Assembly (NCBI GenBank): GCA_002269645.1
Contig: NIVC01002423.1
Coordinates: 47,322-111,321 of the forward strand
Length of the DNA: 64,000 nt
From: Macrostomum lignano
Taxonomy: Eukaryota
Direction: 5' to 3'
Under the pieces are notes generated by a model that was not told the origin of the DNA, did not search any database, and worked only from the letters and a program-made list of their open reading frames with translations. Of the stretch, positions 1 to 12,134 are shown piece after piece. Numbering within the stretch: the stretch's first letter is position 1; the number at the start of each line of letters is the position of its first letter. The position numbers and the translations under genes were made by a program.

Positions 1-347
1 ATTCTCGACCCACTCGGAACAATTTGTGTCCTTGAGCAAGAGACTTAAGTCTGCATTGCTTTAGTTAACGCAGCTGTAAAATTGGAGAACGGCCAGCATT
101 AGCTGGGGTAATTGAGGGTGTTGTGTGGCGATCCCTCAGTCCTTGAACTGAGTGCCGTACGTAGCCTTCAGATGCGCCTTCAGCTAATTAGGACAGGTGT
201 AATCAATTAATAATATTGTTGAGGATTTTGAAAACAGCTTGCCTTTCTATCTGCGAATGCATTAGCATGGATTAAACATAGCATGTTCATTTTTTTAATC
301 TTTGCCGTGTTAATTACTTGTTTGCTATTTAAACATCACCAAACCAG

Positions 348-1358
348 TGTCAGTTAACGAAGTCAAGCGTCGGAATCGGGCACCAGCTCAGAGTTCAGCT
401 GGCGGCAGCGCAGGCGGCCAGATCATGACACCGCAGGCTAGGAAAGCTCGTAATAAAACTTTACAAGAAGAGCTCATGGCTCACCTGGAGCAGCAGAGAT
501 TGCTTCAGCAACAACAGCAAAGTGGTTATTCTGCAAGCGCTGGAAGCAGATTGTTCCCGCCGCAGCAACAGCCGCAGCAGCCTAGTAGCAGTACTCCGAT
601 AGCTTCGAGTCCTATTAACCATCAGCAGGTGTCACCTTCAAGACGTCTTCAGGGCGTATCCAGAACTCCATCCTATCGCGCTGCCGTAGTCGGTTCCGCT
701 AACGAATCAGCTGGCCTGTCTGGCAACTCTTCGATATCGAAATCGATTTCCGTGCCAGCTGGTCTGGTCGAAGAGACCGAAGCTGAAGCTGCTGAGCTTT
801 CCGAACAAAAAGAAGAAGACGATGGAAAATTCGATCGCCTAATGAGTAGTTTCTATGCTAGCCAGCACGATTTGACTGAGCCAGCTGATAGTAACAAAGA
901 CTCCGAGGCAGAGGAGCAAGACAAGGATAAGGATGTTTCGTCACTTCAACGAATCTCGTCAGCGCCGCAGCTGGTCGAACCAGACGAAGAGGGCGGCGCT
1001 GGCGGCGCAGTCGAGCCCGATCCGGACTATGATAGAATGCTCAGTCGATTCTACAGCTGCTTGGAAGACGACGGAGAAGCCGCCGAAGGCGGAGAGGACG
1101 AAAAGAAAGAGAATCGTGGTCGGGACTCTGACTCCAACGCAAAAGTGACGTGTTGCAGTCTGGACATAGAGAATGACAATGGCGGCAACTTAGACGAGTT
1201 GATGTCTCGTTTCTATCGTCGACAAGAAAATGATGACGATGAGGATGAGAAGCGAAGCGACGGGGAGCCACCTCGTGGGGACGCGGCGGCGGCGGCTTCG
1301 GCAGCGTCTTATCTGGAGGTGGAAGTTGCCGAAGGCAGCGTCGACGTCAATTTCGATG
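348..1358 (+). CDS. FHOD: Probable coding exon of the FHOD-like formin (Q/S/E-rich disordered linker upstream of FH1)
   Basis: Long open frame 347-1423. Candidate phase-1 donor G|GTTTGA after 1358 matches the phase-1 acceptor CCTCCAG| at 2327. The 5' boundary and membership in the formin gene are inferred. Confidence 0.5.
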
Positions 1359-1669
1359 GTTTGACGAATTATTTTGTTCTGTTTGAATACTGTTGGTTGG
1401 TTATAAATAGTACGAAATATTAGAAAAGCATGGATCCGAAGTTTGGATTGCGCTCTGCATGCGATAGGCTTGTTTGGAATTTTTTTATACTAACTTAAAA
1501 ACTGAGCAATCTAGGCAGTAGGATTGGGGCTAAATCGGGGTTGTATTTATTCTTTAGTCTCAACAATGGATCCAAAATGTTATCAAGAGTACAATCGGGT
1601 ATTCTGACAAGTACTGTGATGGCATACGGACTGCAGTGAACACTGACCTTAAGGCTATGAAGCCTCAAA

Positions 1670-2250
1670 GAGCACACAGCAACCAGATATTTTCATGAGG
1701 CCTGAAAGAAGTCACAACAAGCAGACATTGTCATGAAGCCTCAAAGAACTCACAACAATCAGACATTGCCATTAAACCTCAAAGAGCACACAACAATCAG
1801 ACATTGTTATGAAGCCTCAAAGGACACACAATCGTGCATTGTTATGAAGCCTCAAAGGACACACAATCATGCATTGTCATAAAGCCTCAAAGAACTCACA
1901 ACAATCAGACATTGTCATGAAGCCTCAAAGAACTCACAATAATCAGACATTGTCATGAAGCCTCAAAGAACTCACAACAATCAGACATTGCCATGAAACC
2001 TCAAAGAGCACACAACAATCAGACATTGTTATGAAGCCTCAAAGAACTCACAACAATCAGACATTGTCATGAAGCCTCAAAGAACTCACAACAATCAGAC
2101 ATTGCCATGAAACCTCAAAGAGCACACAACAATCAGACATTGTCATGAAGCCTCAAAGAGCACACAGCAACCAGATATTTCCATGAAGCCTCAAAGAGCA
2201 CACAACAATCAGACATTGTTATGAAGCCTCAAAGAGCACACAAAAATCAG
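1670..2250. repeat. 38-bp minisatellite, about 15 copies (intronic)
   Basis: Repeated AAAGA(A/G)C(T/A)CACAACAATCAGACATTGTCATGAAGCCTC. Confidence 0.95.
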
Positions 2251-2327
2251 ACGTAGCTCGAAATACCACTATGACGCAAAAGTGGTCATTGCTCCAAAAC
2301 AGTCACCCGTCATTTCACCCCCTCCAG

Positions 2328-3022
2328 CCGCCCAGTCGCTATCGGTCCCGCTCGGCCCACCGCCAGCGCCCGGCAGCGGTTCCGTTGCTGCCTCGGTGAA
2401 GACATCCGACACGCCTCAGCAGCCTCCGCCGAAGATTGCCAAGCCCAAGACCGACCTGGAGCTGCTCTGGGAAGCCCTAGAAGAGGAGTGCCGCAAGTCG
2501 CACCGGTTGCACGTCAAAGATCGCGACTTTGCCGACTTGCACTCCTCCGACGAGGAGGACGTCACCAAGCCCAAGCTCGGCGGAGTCGCTGGCGGGGCTG
2601 CTGGCGGCCCGCCGCCTCCGCCTCCTGGCTTTGGGCCGCCTCCTCCGCCGCCTCCGCCTCCGCCCCCACCTCCTCCGGGCGGATTCCGCGGTGGACCGCC
2701 ACCTCCTCCTCCCCCTCCTCCTCCGCCGCCGCCGCCGCCAGGACCTGGTGGCGCTCGACCTCCAAAAGCGCCAGCTGGTCCAGGCGGCGCCCTTGGCGGC
2801 TGGCACGTTGGCCGTCAGGGCCCGCCGCCGCCGGGGGCCGGGCTGGCCAAGTCGCGCAAAACTGTCCGCCTGCACTGGCGCGAGTTGGCGCACAATCTGC
2901 GCCAGCCGGTGGCGGGCAGGCCAGCTGCGGACACGCTGTGGGATCGCCTGATGCAGGTCCAGTTGGAGCCAGACAAACTCGAACTTCTGTTCGAAGCTAA
3001 GGTCAACGAGGTCAAGGTTAAG
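2328..3022 (+). CDS. FHOD: FHOD-like formin exon: FH1 polyproline and start of FH2
   Basis: DFADLHSSDEEDV precedes long poly-Pro runs, then KSRKTVRLHWREL...TLWDRL...LELLFEAK. Donor AAG|GTAAGG at 3022/3023. Confidence 0.88.
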
Positions 3023-5479
3023 GTAAGGCACATCGATCGATCTGTTTGTCATTATTATCTCAAATAATCTATTAATATCCTGTCGCGTTTTAATCGATTT
3101 GCATATTTGTTAGAAGTTTGTGCAGTAGAAGATAGCAGGAGGGCTGTGAGGGTTCCTGGAACAACGCCTTCGACGAAATCGTCCCACAGCCAGGCACGCA
3201 CTCATACAACGCTCAAACAGGGTGTACAGCGATCCTGACTTTCTAGTCCTGTCAGGCTTGTACACTCTCTGTGCCTTGGGGGTCATTGCAAACAACTTAT
3301 TAGCGACTCTAGCGACTTTCGGGCGGATTCTTGTGACTTTTTAACGACTTAAACGACGACTGTTATAATGCGACTGAGAGGCGACTGTTGAGTCACGAGT
3401 GCATCGCGTGATTTGCAGAATCGTAAAACAGGCGCGAAAAAGTTATCCATGAGTCGCTGGGTTAGCGCTCAACTTTCTACAGGATTAGGTGGACTACTAA
3501 ATAGAGTTTTTATAAATGCGAAATTCGATTTTAAATTCATAAAGTAACGCAGATGCGCTTTAGAATGCAAAAACTCAGGGATACGACGTCACACTTGCGT
3601 CACACTTTCGTCACCTCAGAGTCGTTTCAGAGTCGCAGACAATAAAACGCCTCAAATTGAGTCTTTAGCGACTCTTTGACCACTTTTTGGTGACTTGTAC
3701 CGTGACATCTGGTCATTTAAGAGTCGTCTAGAGTCACTTCTTTCCTATTTTACCGGTGTTACCTGCAAAGACCTTGAAACGTCTGGGGCGACGCAAGTGA
3801 CTCTGGGAGTCTCTTCTTGGCCTGGGTACCGTTTTGATCGGGCTCGTCATTGGGGAATTCCTATAAACAATTTGTCAGTCTTGTAGTGGTGCACGCACAC
3901 AGGATCACGATTTCAACTAACTGTTTTTAAACGCTAATGTGGCAGCTTATGTAGAATATTTCTTAATCGATTGTTGTTTGCATCGCTAAAAGCTTTGTTT
4001 AAAATGCTTTAATTGTTTTTGTTAAAAGAATGCTTAAATCTTTTTTGGCCTTTTCGTAGCTTTATCTTTATACGCAAGGCTTGTCATTTAGTGCATGTGC
4101 ACTTCACGACGGCGGGCTTCTGAAGTTGTTTATGTCATCAGGGAAGAATGATTCAGGCTTGTTATGCATACAAATAATTATGTCAGGGTCGTGTTTATAA
4201 TATGTGGGTCATAATGATCATTTAAAGATTTACATGTAGGGCCGCGGTAATCATTAAATGTACATGTTGGTCTTAGGGATCATGATTCCTATATAAAGGT
4301 CATGATGTTCATATAGCAATCATGAGGCTTATTTATAGGTCATGGAGGTCATATATTATAGAAAGTGTGGTGCTTATGTAAAGGCATGGCGCCTATAAAA
4401 AGGTCATGATTGTCATATTAGGGTCTTGTTAGTTGGTCATGTTGGGCACGTAGAGCCATAAATTTCTATCCTTGTCCTATGCGGTGTTTAAATTTAGTCA
4501 GATATTCCCTTCTGTAACGTAATTAACAATTTGATAATTAAACTAACTGTTTACGTAAACAAAGTAGTTTTTTACCGTATTACATATTTACTCTATTGTT
4601 TTTGCTTCGACCTATAAATCTTTTAAAATTATTAACTAACTTTCAGAACGAATTTGTGAGGTGTGTAAATATGATATTGCTATACTGCTATACAGAAATT
4701 TCGATTCTCATAAGCCATTGAAATTGATTAGCTATAGATTTTTTTTCAAAAGCGTGCTTCAATTACAAGCAATAATATTTTTGTTATTCCGAATCATTGG
4801 AGGAATCGCCGTTTAATTCATATTGATTAAAAACTGAAATTTAATTCTAAACTTTGGCTTGTAAAATCTGCAGATTATTTCACGCAATTTTGGTAAAGAA
4901 AAAGAATTGAATTAATTTCTTATATTAAATTATTGCTAATTGTTTTACGTATGTACTTACGCTTAGTTTAGTTGCGTTTGCATTATTATGAAAAATTAAG
5001 TTGGACTCTACTAGTAGATTCTGAACCTTTTTATTTTGGAATTATTATCTAAGCGATTAAATTTAATGCATTCATATTAGTTTATGTGTTGTTATAAATG
5101 AATTATCATTACTGTTGAACTTTTAGCATCTAAGTAATAATCCCACTCAGAATTAAGTAGTATGATTTTCGAACGAATTATTTTTCTATTTTTTCTGTTG
5201 TTAAAGTCCTACTACCAAAGTTACTTATGAAACATTTTTAAATTCTTCCAATTTAATTCAGCAATCCCGGGTAGGTACCTGACTATGTACTTCGTCAAGT
5301 ACATAATTTTTTTTTGCAATTTTTGTCATAACAGGAATTCTATCAATAACTGAGGTGGCTTATGCACGCTTGAAAACTTTCACCCTCTAATAACAGCAGC
5401 TTACTTTTAAAACACTTAAATAAAAATTAACGTTTGTTTTAAACCTCAAAATACAATCCCTAAAACAAATGCATTTGTT

Positions 5480-5889
5480 ACGTATGAAACATTCGCCGAC
5501 ACTTATTCAGACACTTATTCAGACACTTCTACAGATACTTTGGTTTCTGTCGAACGAATCGTTGGAACAAGCATTGAATTTGTTTATTCCTAACAAACTA
5601 CCAGTAAATTGCTTTATTTTGAGCTTTTTTGCTTTATTTTATTAAATATGAATCATGAAATTTGTTATTCTGCATAGATTCTCTTCACGTGAAGAAGAAT
5701 GTTAAATTTGTCCAGGACACTTCCTAATTCATATTTAATAAAATAAAGCAAAAAAAGCTTAAAATAAAGAATTTTACTGATAGTTTGTTAGGAATAAACA
5801 AATTTTATGCTTGTTCCTACGATTCGTACGACAGAAACTAAAGTGTCTGTAGAAGTGTCTGAATAAGTGTCGGCGAATGTTTAGTACGT
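5480..5889. mobile_element. Foldback MITE-like element with about 180-bp imperfect terminal inverted repeats
   Basis: AAACATTCGCCGACACTTATTCAGACAC...TTTATTTTATTAAATATGAAT on the left is mirrored by ATTCATATTTAATAAAATAAAG...GTGTCTGAATAAGTGTCGGCGAATGTTT on the right. Confidence 0.8.
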
Positions 5890-7034
5890 CATTTGTTTTA
5901 AAATTGTAAAATACTCACTAATGCTCTTCTAGCTAACGTATAACTCTGCATTTTCTAAGCGTCGCTGCTAAAAAAATGTCGGGATTCCAAAGAAGTTAGT
6001 GTGTCATGACACAAGTTTTGACGCAGCAACCCATATTAAGACACTTAACTTAAGTATTCCTATTTCATAGATATTTATAGACGGGTAATTTTTCATTTTT
6101 TCCAGTTTTTTTGGCTCAAATTTACTTGTCCTTGTAGTTAAGTAAATATTTAAATGTTGGATTTGCTCTTCAATGCTTGATAGTTTTACAGCTACCCAAA
6201 TTTTATCAAACTTATGCCTCTCTTACCGGATAATTGTTTTGTGTTAGTGCTATTCATGCTACTTATTGGTTTCTGTTTCAGTAGTGCAACGGGCTGGAAA
6301 GTATTTTTATATTTATTTAGCTCAAAAGCTCATTCCGATTATTTATAACACTTTTAACCATTTAACCCAATGAAAAATTTTTTGTTAAATTTCACCCGTT
6401 TTAAACAAATTTATATTTGTTTTACCTACTAAAGTCTATTTAAGATTTGTCTAAACCTGCAAATTTTTACTTTTCAGGACGTCGTAAGTATTGCTGATGT
6501 TTTGAGTTTAACTTTAACCATTTTCGCACCCACGAATATCAATAACTAAATGGAATTCGACATAATAAACAATTTTACAAAAAGCATATGCGATGTTACG
6601 TTTTCTTAAAGCCTTAAACGAAAACTTGCATTTATTTGCAAGAGAAAAAAATTAACATTCTTGTTTATTTAACATATTTTTCTTTATTTATTTTCTTTCA
6701 ACTGTGATTTATTATATGTTTCTATTGTCTTTACTGCAAAACTGGCTTTTGCAAAAAAATCTTTAATTTTGGTTGTCAAGGTTTTAATTTACATATCTTC
6801 TGGTACAAGATTTGACACCAAAATTCTAATGATTGTTAGGATTGAATAATTTTTTTACTAATTAATGTAACTCTGCTTTTCTACCATACTTTCTTATCGG
6901 AAGGGATTTGGAGCGAGATTTAAATTTGGATTACACTATTATACATGTATGCGCTATTCAGCTACTGAGAGTAGACAACTACAGAATATAATCGTCCTAA
7001 ACTATTTTACTTGTGCTTAACTATTAATTTACAG

Positions 7035-7190
7035 AAAGCAGAAGCCACCAGTCGCAAGGAGATACTAATTCTGGATCCGAAGCGATCCAACGCCATCAAC
7101 ATCGGCATGACGGTGCTGCCGCCGCCTAGGACTATCAAAGTGGCCATTGTCAATATGGACAGCTCAGTTATAAATAAGGAGGGCATCGAG
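7035..7190 (+). CDS. FHOD: FHOD-like formin exon, FH2 domain
   Basis: KEILILDPKRSNAINIGMTVLPPPRTIKVAIVNMDSSVINKEGIE is the FHOD FH2 signature. TTTACAG| acceptor; 156 nt, phase 0-0. Confidence 0.92.
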
Positions 7191-7261
7191 GTTTGAACTT
7201 GTCAATATTACTTCAAATTTCTATGCTTTTGTTCAACCAACTTAAAGCTAGGTGGCGTTCT

Positions 7262-7760
7262 TTAAGTTGGGTGTCAGATTCTGTTAGTTGGGTGTCAGGT
7301 TCTGTTAGTTGGGTGTCAGGTTCTGTTAGTTGGGTGTCAGGTTCTTCAAGTTGGGTGTCAGGCTCCGTTAGTTGGGTGTCAGGCTCCGTTAGTTGGGTGT
7401 CAGGTTCTTCAAGTTGGGTGTCAGGCTCCGTTAGTTGGGTGTCAGGTTCTGTTAGTTGGGTGTCAGGTTCTTCAAGTTGGGTGTCAGGCTCCGTTAGTTG
7501 GGTGTCAGGTTCTTCAAGTTGGGTGTTAGGCTCTTCAAGTTGGGTGTCAGGTTCTTCAAGTTGGGTGTCAGGTTCTGTTAGTTGGGTGTCAGGTTCTTCA
7601 AGTTGGGTGTCAGGCTCTTCAAGTTGGGTTTCAGGTTCTTCAAGTTGGGTTTCAGGCTCCGTTAGTTGGGTGTCAGGTTCTTCAAGTTGGGTGTCAGGTT
7701 CTGTTAATTGGGTGTCAGGTTCTTCAAGTTGGGTGTCAGGTTCTGTTAATTGGATGTCAG
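7262..7760. repeat. 21-bp minisatellite, about 24 copies (intronic)
   Basis: AGTTGGGTGTCAGGTTC(TGTT/TTCA) repeated. Confidence 0.95.
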
Positions 7761-7846
7761 CTTCTTCAATAGATCCCCTGTCTACCCCACTCTATCTCCC
7801 CTATCTATCTGTATCCCCTATCTACCCTTCCTCAACCTCCTTGCAG

Positions 7847-8074
7847 AAGCTGCTGTACTCCATGCTGCCAACCGAAGAGGAGAAGGAGGCCATTGTGGAG
7901 GCGCAGATAAACGACCCGGATACGCCTCTGGGCAATGCTGAGCAGTTCCTGCTCACCCTGTCCTCAATCAGCGAGCTGCGGCCACGGCTGCAGTTGTGGC
8001 TGTTCCGTCTGGAATACGAGGCCATCGAGACTGAGATCACGGACGCGTTGAATGATTTGAAACTCGCCATACAG
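7847..8074 (+). CDS. FHOD: FHOD-like formin exon, FH2 domain
   Basis: KLLYSMLPTEEEKEAIVEAQ...PLGNAEQFLLTLSSISELRPRLQLWLFRLEY. TTGCAG| acceptor, |GTGAGA donor; 228 nt. Confidence 0.92.
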
Positions 8075-8089
8075 GTGAGACTGGAATGC

Positions 8090-8270
8090 CGAATCAGGCA
8101 GATCTAGCTGCCATTCCCTAATCAGGCAGATCTAGCTGCCATTCCCTAATCAGGCAGATCTAGCTGCCATTCCCTAATCAGGCAGATCTAGCTGCCATTC
8201 CCTAATCAGGCAGATCTAGCTGCCATTCCCTAATCAGGCAGATCTAACTGCCATTCCCTAATCAGGCAGC
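8090..8270. repeat. 28-bp minisatellite, about 6 copies (intronic)
   Basis: AATCAGGCAGATCTAGCTGCCATTCCCT repeated; each unit holds a GGCAG/CTGCC hairpin. Confidence 0.95.
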
Positions 8271-8359
8271 TTAAATAGATCTAAATAGCCTTAACTACAG
8301 AAAGTCTTTAATCCGCATTTGATCCAAAATCTCATTTTAAATCCCCACCAAATTGCCAG

Positions 8360-8860
8360 GAAATCCGTCAATGCGAAACACTACGCTGCGTATTCTCAGT
8401 AATCGTTGCTATGGGCAATTTTCTCAACGATTCAACAGCGCGCGGTTTCAATTTGGACTATTTAGCCAAGGTGCCAGAGGTTCGGGACACGGTGCACAAG
8501 CACACGCTGCTGCACCACGTGTGCCACATGGTTCAGGAGCAGTTTCCTAATAGCGGCGACCTCTACTCGGAACTGGGAGCCGTTACCCGCTGTTCGAAGC
8601 TGGATTGGGATGAAGTGCAAGCTAGATTGGACAGATTGGAGCGCGACTGCATGTCCGGCTTTGAGCACCACAAGGCGCTGTGCAAACACGCCGATTTCGG
8701 GCAAGATTTGCGACGCAAACTAGAATCCTTCCTGCGCGATGCGGCCTCGCGTATTGTGGCTATGAAAATCGTGCGCGACAGGGTTATGAATCGGTTTAGA
8801 AAGCTGCTGCTGTTTCTTGGGATGACGCCCGCTACTATTGCCGATGCCAAGGTTACCGAG
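8360..8860 (+). CDS. FHOD: FHOD-like formin exon, FH2 domain
   Basis: AMGNFLNDSTARGFNLDYLAKVPEVRDTVHKHTLLHHVC...RFRKLLLFLG. CCAG| acceptor, |GTGAGT donor; 501 nt. Confidence 0.93.
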
Positions 8861-8904
8861 GTGAGTGCGAGATGTGGATGATCTGATATCTATTTTGGCA
8901 CACC

Positions 8905-9850
8905 TTAGCAGCATGATATCTGATCTTCTGGCGCCCCTAGCAACCTGTTTGGCGCCCCTAGCAACTTATTCTGGCGCCCCTAGCAACCTGTTTGGCGCCC
9001 CTAGCAACTTATTCTGGTGCCCCTAGTAACCTATTCTAGCATTCCTAACAACCTACTCTGGCGCCCCTAGCAACCTATTCTAGCATCCCTAGCAACATAC
9101 TCAGACGCCCCTAGCAACCTATTCTAGCATTCCTAACAACCTACTCTGGCGCCCCTAGCAACCTATTCTAGCATCCCTAGCAACATACTCAGGCGCCCCT
9201 AGCAACCTATTCTAGCATCCCTAGCAACATACTCAGGCGCCCCTAGCAACCTATTCTAGCATCCCTAGCAACATACTCAGGCGCCCCTAGCAACCTATTC
9301 TAGCATCCCTAGCAACATACTCAGGCGCCCCTAGCAACCTATTCTAGCATCCCTAGCAACATACTCAGGCGCCCCTAGCAACCTATTCTAGCATCCCTAG
9401 CAACATACTCAGGCGCCCCTAGCAACCTATTCTAGCATCCCTAGCAACCTATTATGGCGCCCCTAGCAGCCTGTTCTAGCATCCATAGCAACCTATTCTA
9501 GCATCCCTAGCAACCTACTCTGGTGCCCCTAGCAACCTACTCTGGTGCCCCTGGCAACCTACTCTGGCACATCTTAGCAACCTATTCTGGCGTCCCTAAC
9601 AAGTTATCCTGGCGTCCTTAACTAAATATTCTGGTACACATGAGCAACCTTTTTGGCGCCCCTAGCAACCTACTTTTCCGCCCCTAGCAACTTAATTAGT
9701 CGCCCTATAGCAACCTACTTTGTCGCCCCTAGCAACCTGCTTTGTCGCCCCTAGCAACCTACTTTGTCGTCCCTAGCAACATGCTTTATCTGCCCTAGAA
9801 TCCTAGTTTGTCGCCCCTAGCAGCCTAATTTTGCGCTCCCTAGCAACCTA
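8905..9850. repeat. 22-bp minisatellite with a homogenised 44-bp dimer core (intronic)
   Basis: GGCGCCCCTAGCAACCTATTCT alternates with AGCATCCCTAGCAACATACTCA at about 9050-9450; copies degenerate toward the edges. Confidence 0.93.
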
Positions 9851-9871
9851 TGTATTGGCATTACTTCTCAG

Positions 9872-10421
9872 GTGATGCACCTGCTCAGCAACTTCGCCCT
9901 GGAGTACCGCACCAACCGCGAGAAAGTTCGCCAGCAAATCTCGAAGAAGCAGAACGCCGCCAAGCGTCGGGAGACTCGCGGCAAACTCATTGTCGATCTG
10001 GACGGTTCCGAGGTGTCCACCAGCGCGCAGCCGGCTCAGCTGCAAGCTCCGACATCTTCGTCGACTCTGTCGTTGAATCGTCGCAAATCGGGCCCGTCGC
10101 CTGCGGCGGCAGCCCAGCAGCAGCGTCAGCAGCAGCAGCAACAGCAGGAGGCGGACGATGCTTTGAAAATCTTGCTTAGCTCGCATCGCCGGTCGAGTTC
10201 GGACTATTCGTCTGTTATCAGCGGAGCGCGGGGGCCCCGGGCTAAGGCCGGAGGCGGCGGCTCGCAGGTGTCCATTCCGGGCTCGGTGGCGGCCGCCGGC
10301 GGCGGTCGCGGAAGCAGCATCCCGCCAGATGAAGAGGAGATGCTGGACGCCTGTCTGCAGCAGACGAAACCGGCTGTACCGTTGAAGGAGCGACGGAAGT
10401 CGAAGAATCAGAGAAAGTCGT
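9872..10421 (+). CDS. FHOD: FHOD-like formin exon, end of FH2 and DAD region
   Basis: VMHLLSNFALEYRTNREKV...KRRETRGKLIVD...EEMLDACL...RRKSKNQRKS. Phase-1 donor T|GTAAGC. Confidence 0.9.
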
Positions 10422-10519
10422 GTAAGCTGTTGCTGGGTGGGGCGTTGTTGGGTTTGTTACTATGACATGGGGCAGTGCTGACTCTTTAGCTATTAGAATG
10501 CTGCGCAGTCATTCTATGT

Positions 10520-10880
10520 AGGTCACTCCTTGAAACCATCATCATGGGCTTTTTATTCACTCCTAAACCATGATTAGGTTTCTTGTCACTCCTAAGATAT
10601 CATTGTTAGGGCAGCTCTCGTCACTCCTAACCCATGGTCATTGTGTGATGAGAGTTATCTAGTCACTCCTAAACCATGGTCATTGTGTGATGAGAGTTAT
10701 CTAGTCACTCCTAAACCATGGTCATTGTGTGATGAGAGTTATCTAGTCACTCCTAAACCATGGTCATTGTGTGATGAGAGTTATCTAGTCACTCCTAAAC
10801 CATGGTCATTGTGTGATGAGAGTTATCTAGTCACTCCTAAACCATGGTCATTGTGTGATGAGAGTTATCTAGTCACTCGT
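10520..10880. repeat. 42-bp minisatellite, 6 perfect copies plus degenerate 5' copies (intronic)
   Basis: GTCACTCCTAAACCATGGTCATTGTGTGATGAGAGTTATCTA repeated. Confidence 0.95.
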
Positions 10881-11429
10881 AAACGATCCAAATGATTCAT
10901 GATTAATCTGTCACTTATTCATTTTATATTCATTTATTTGCATTTATTTTATATTATTGTATCATATTTCTGATCACAGAATGCAAACCGTGATGTACAT
11001 GCACACATTCGACTTTCACCGTTTTTTGAACGCAGAAAAGGCCTATAATGAAAACTAATAATTCGTCACTTCGAGTGTTTCACCGTATTTTCATTGAATC
11101 AACGATGAAAAGTATTCTAAAATCAGTTGGTACACTCGAGCTTTGAAACTGTTTCAAAATGTTTCCAGTGTGACGTGTCATCCAGTGCATGATTTAGTTA
11201 ATTAGTAAGTTGCAGACTGGTGCTTGTTAAGAAAAGGCATGGTTTGTTAAGGATTTCAGCATGCGTTCTGCAAGATTTTCAATGTGACACTAAGCCCAAC
11301 ACCAGGACAGTAGGCGTATTCACAAATATGCTGTAGGAAGAAACAACTACTTTAACTGGTTGTGATGCTAAAGGTTTTTGGCTCTCGAACAACTTTTAGA
11401 AAGATCCCGTCAAATGACTGTCGATAATT

Positions 11430-11852
11430 TAGGTTTAGGCTTGGGTTTAAATGTAAGTTTAGGTTTAGGTTTGTGCTTAGATTTAGCTTTTGGTTTTATT
11501 CTAGGTTTGGATTTTTGTCCAGTTTTGGGTTTAGGTTAATGTTTAGGTTTGGGTTTAGGTTTAGGTAAATGTATCTCTATCAGGTTTGGGTTTATATTTA
11601 GGTTAATGTTTAGGTTTAGGTTTGGGTTTAGGTTAACGTTTTGGTTGGGTTTAGTTTTATGTTTAAGTTTTTGTTTAGCTTAATGTGTAGGTTTTGGTTT
11701 AGGTTAATGTTTAGGTTTAGGATTGGGTTTAGGTTAATGTTTAGGTTTGGGTTTGGGTTTAGATTAATGTTTAGGTTTAGGTTGGGTTTAGGTTAATGTT
11801 TAGGTTTGGGTTTAGGTTAATTTTTAGGTTTGGGTTTAGGTTAATGTTTAGG
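11430..11852 (+). repeat. Degenerate telomere-like hexamer tract (TTAGGT/TTGGGT/TAATGT, about 24-bp higher-order unit)
   Basis: GGTTTGGGTTTAGGTTAATGTTTA repeated, with strong G/T strand skew. Confidence 0.85.
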
Positions 11853-12060
11853 TGTTCAATTTTTTAAGAAGATGCTCTATTGGTTCGAGCGATTTTAATC
11901 AAACCAAATCTATTTTTTGAAATTCTATTTGCTCCAGGCTTGCAGAGAGAGTTGAATTCAAAGACCATAAATGCATGAACTCTGCTGTTTTTTTTTAAAA
12001 TATAAATGGTTAATTTTGCTGACTTAGTAATTAATATAATTGCGTGTACTTTTGTTTCAG

Positions 12061-12134
12061 TGCGACACAAAACTTTACTGATCGGCCTGACAGAAGAGGA
12101 GATGGCTACTGTGAAGACTATGGCTCAGTTATGA
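12061..12134 (+). CDS. FHOD: Terminal formin exon (L)RHKTLLIGLTEEEMATVKTMAQL*
   Basis: TTTGTTTCAG| acceptor. Phase matches the previous donor and completes an RKSLR-TL-GLT-EE motif like the FHOD C-terminus. Confidence 0.8.

Noticed and set aside
3290-3790. GCGACT/GAGTCG-rich segment as a MITE
   Set aside because: Motif polarity flips as in a TIR element, but termini and TSD could not be defined.
7193-8107. 304-aa ORF with (SWVSGSV/S)n repeats
   Set aside because: It is an intronic 21-bp minisatellite that happens to be in frame with the next exon. The upstream exon frame stops immediately (GTT TGA).
10641-10895. (CDESYLVTPKPWSL)n ORF and possible CRISPR-like array
   Set aside because: A pure 42-bp tandem repeat with no unique spacers and no cas genes.
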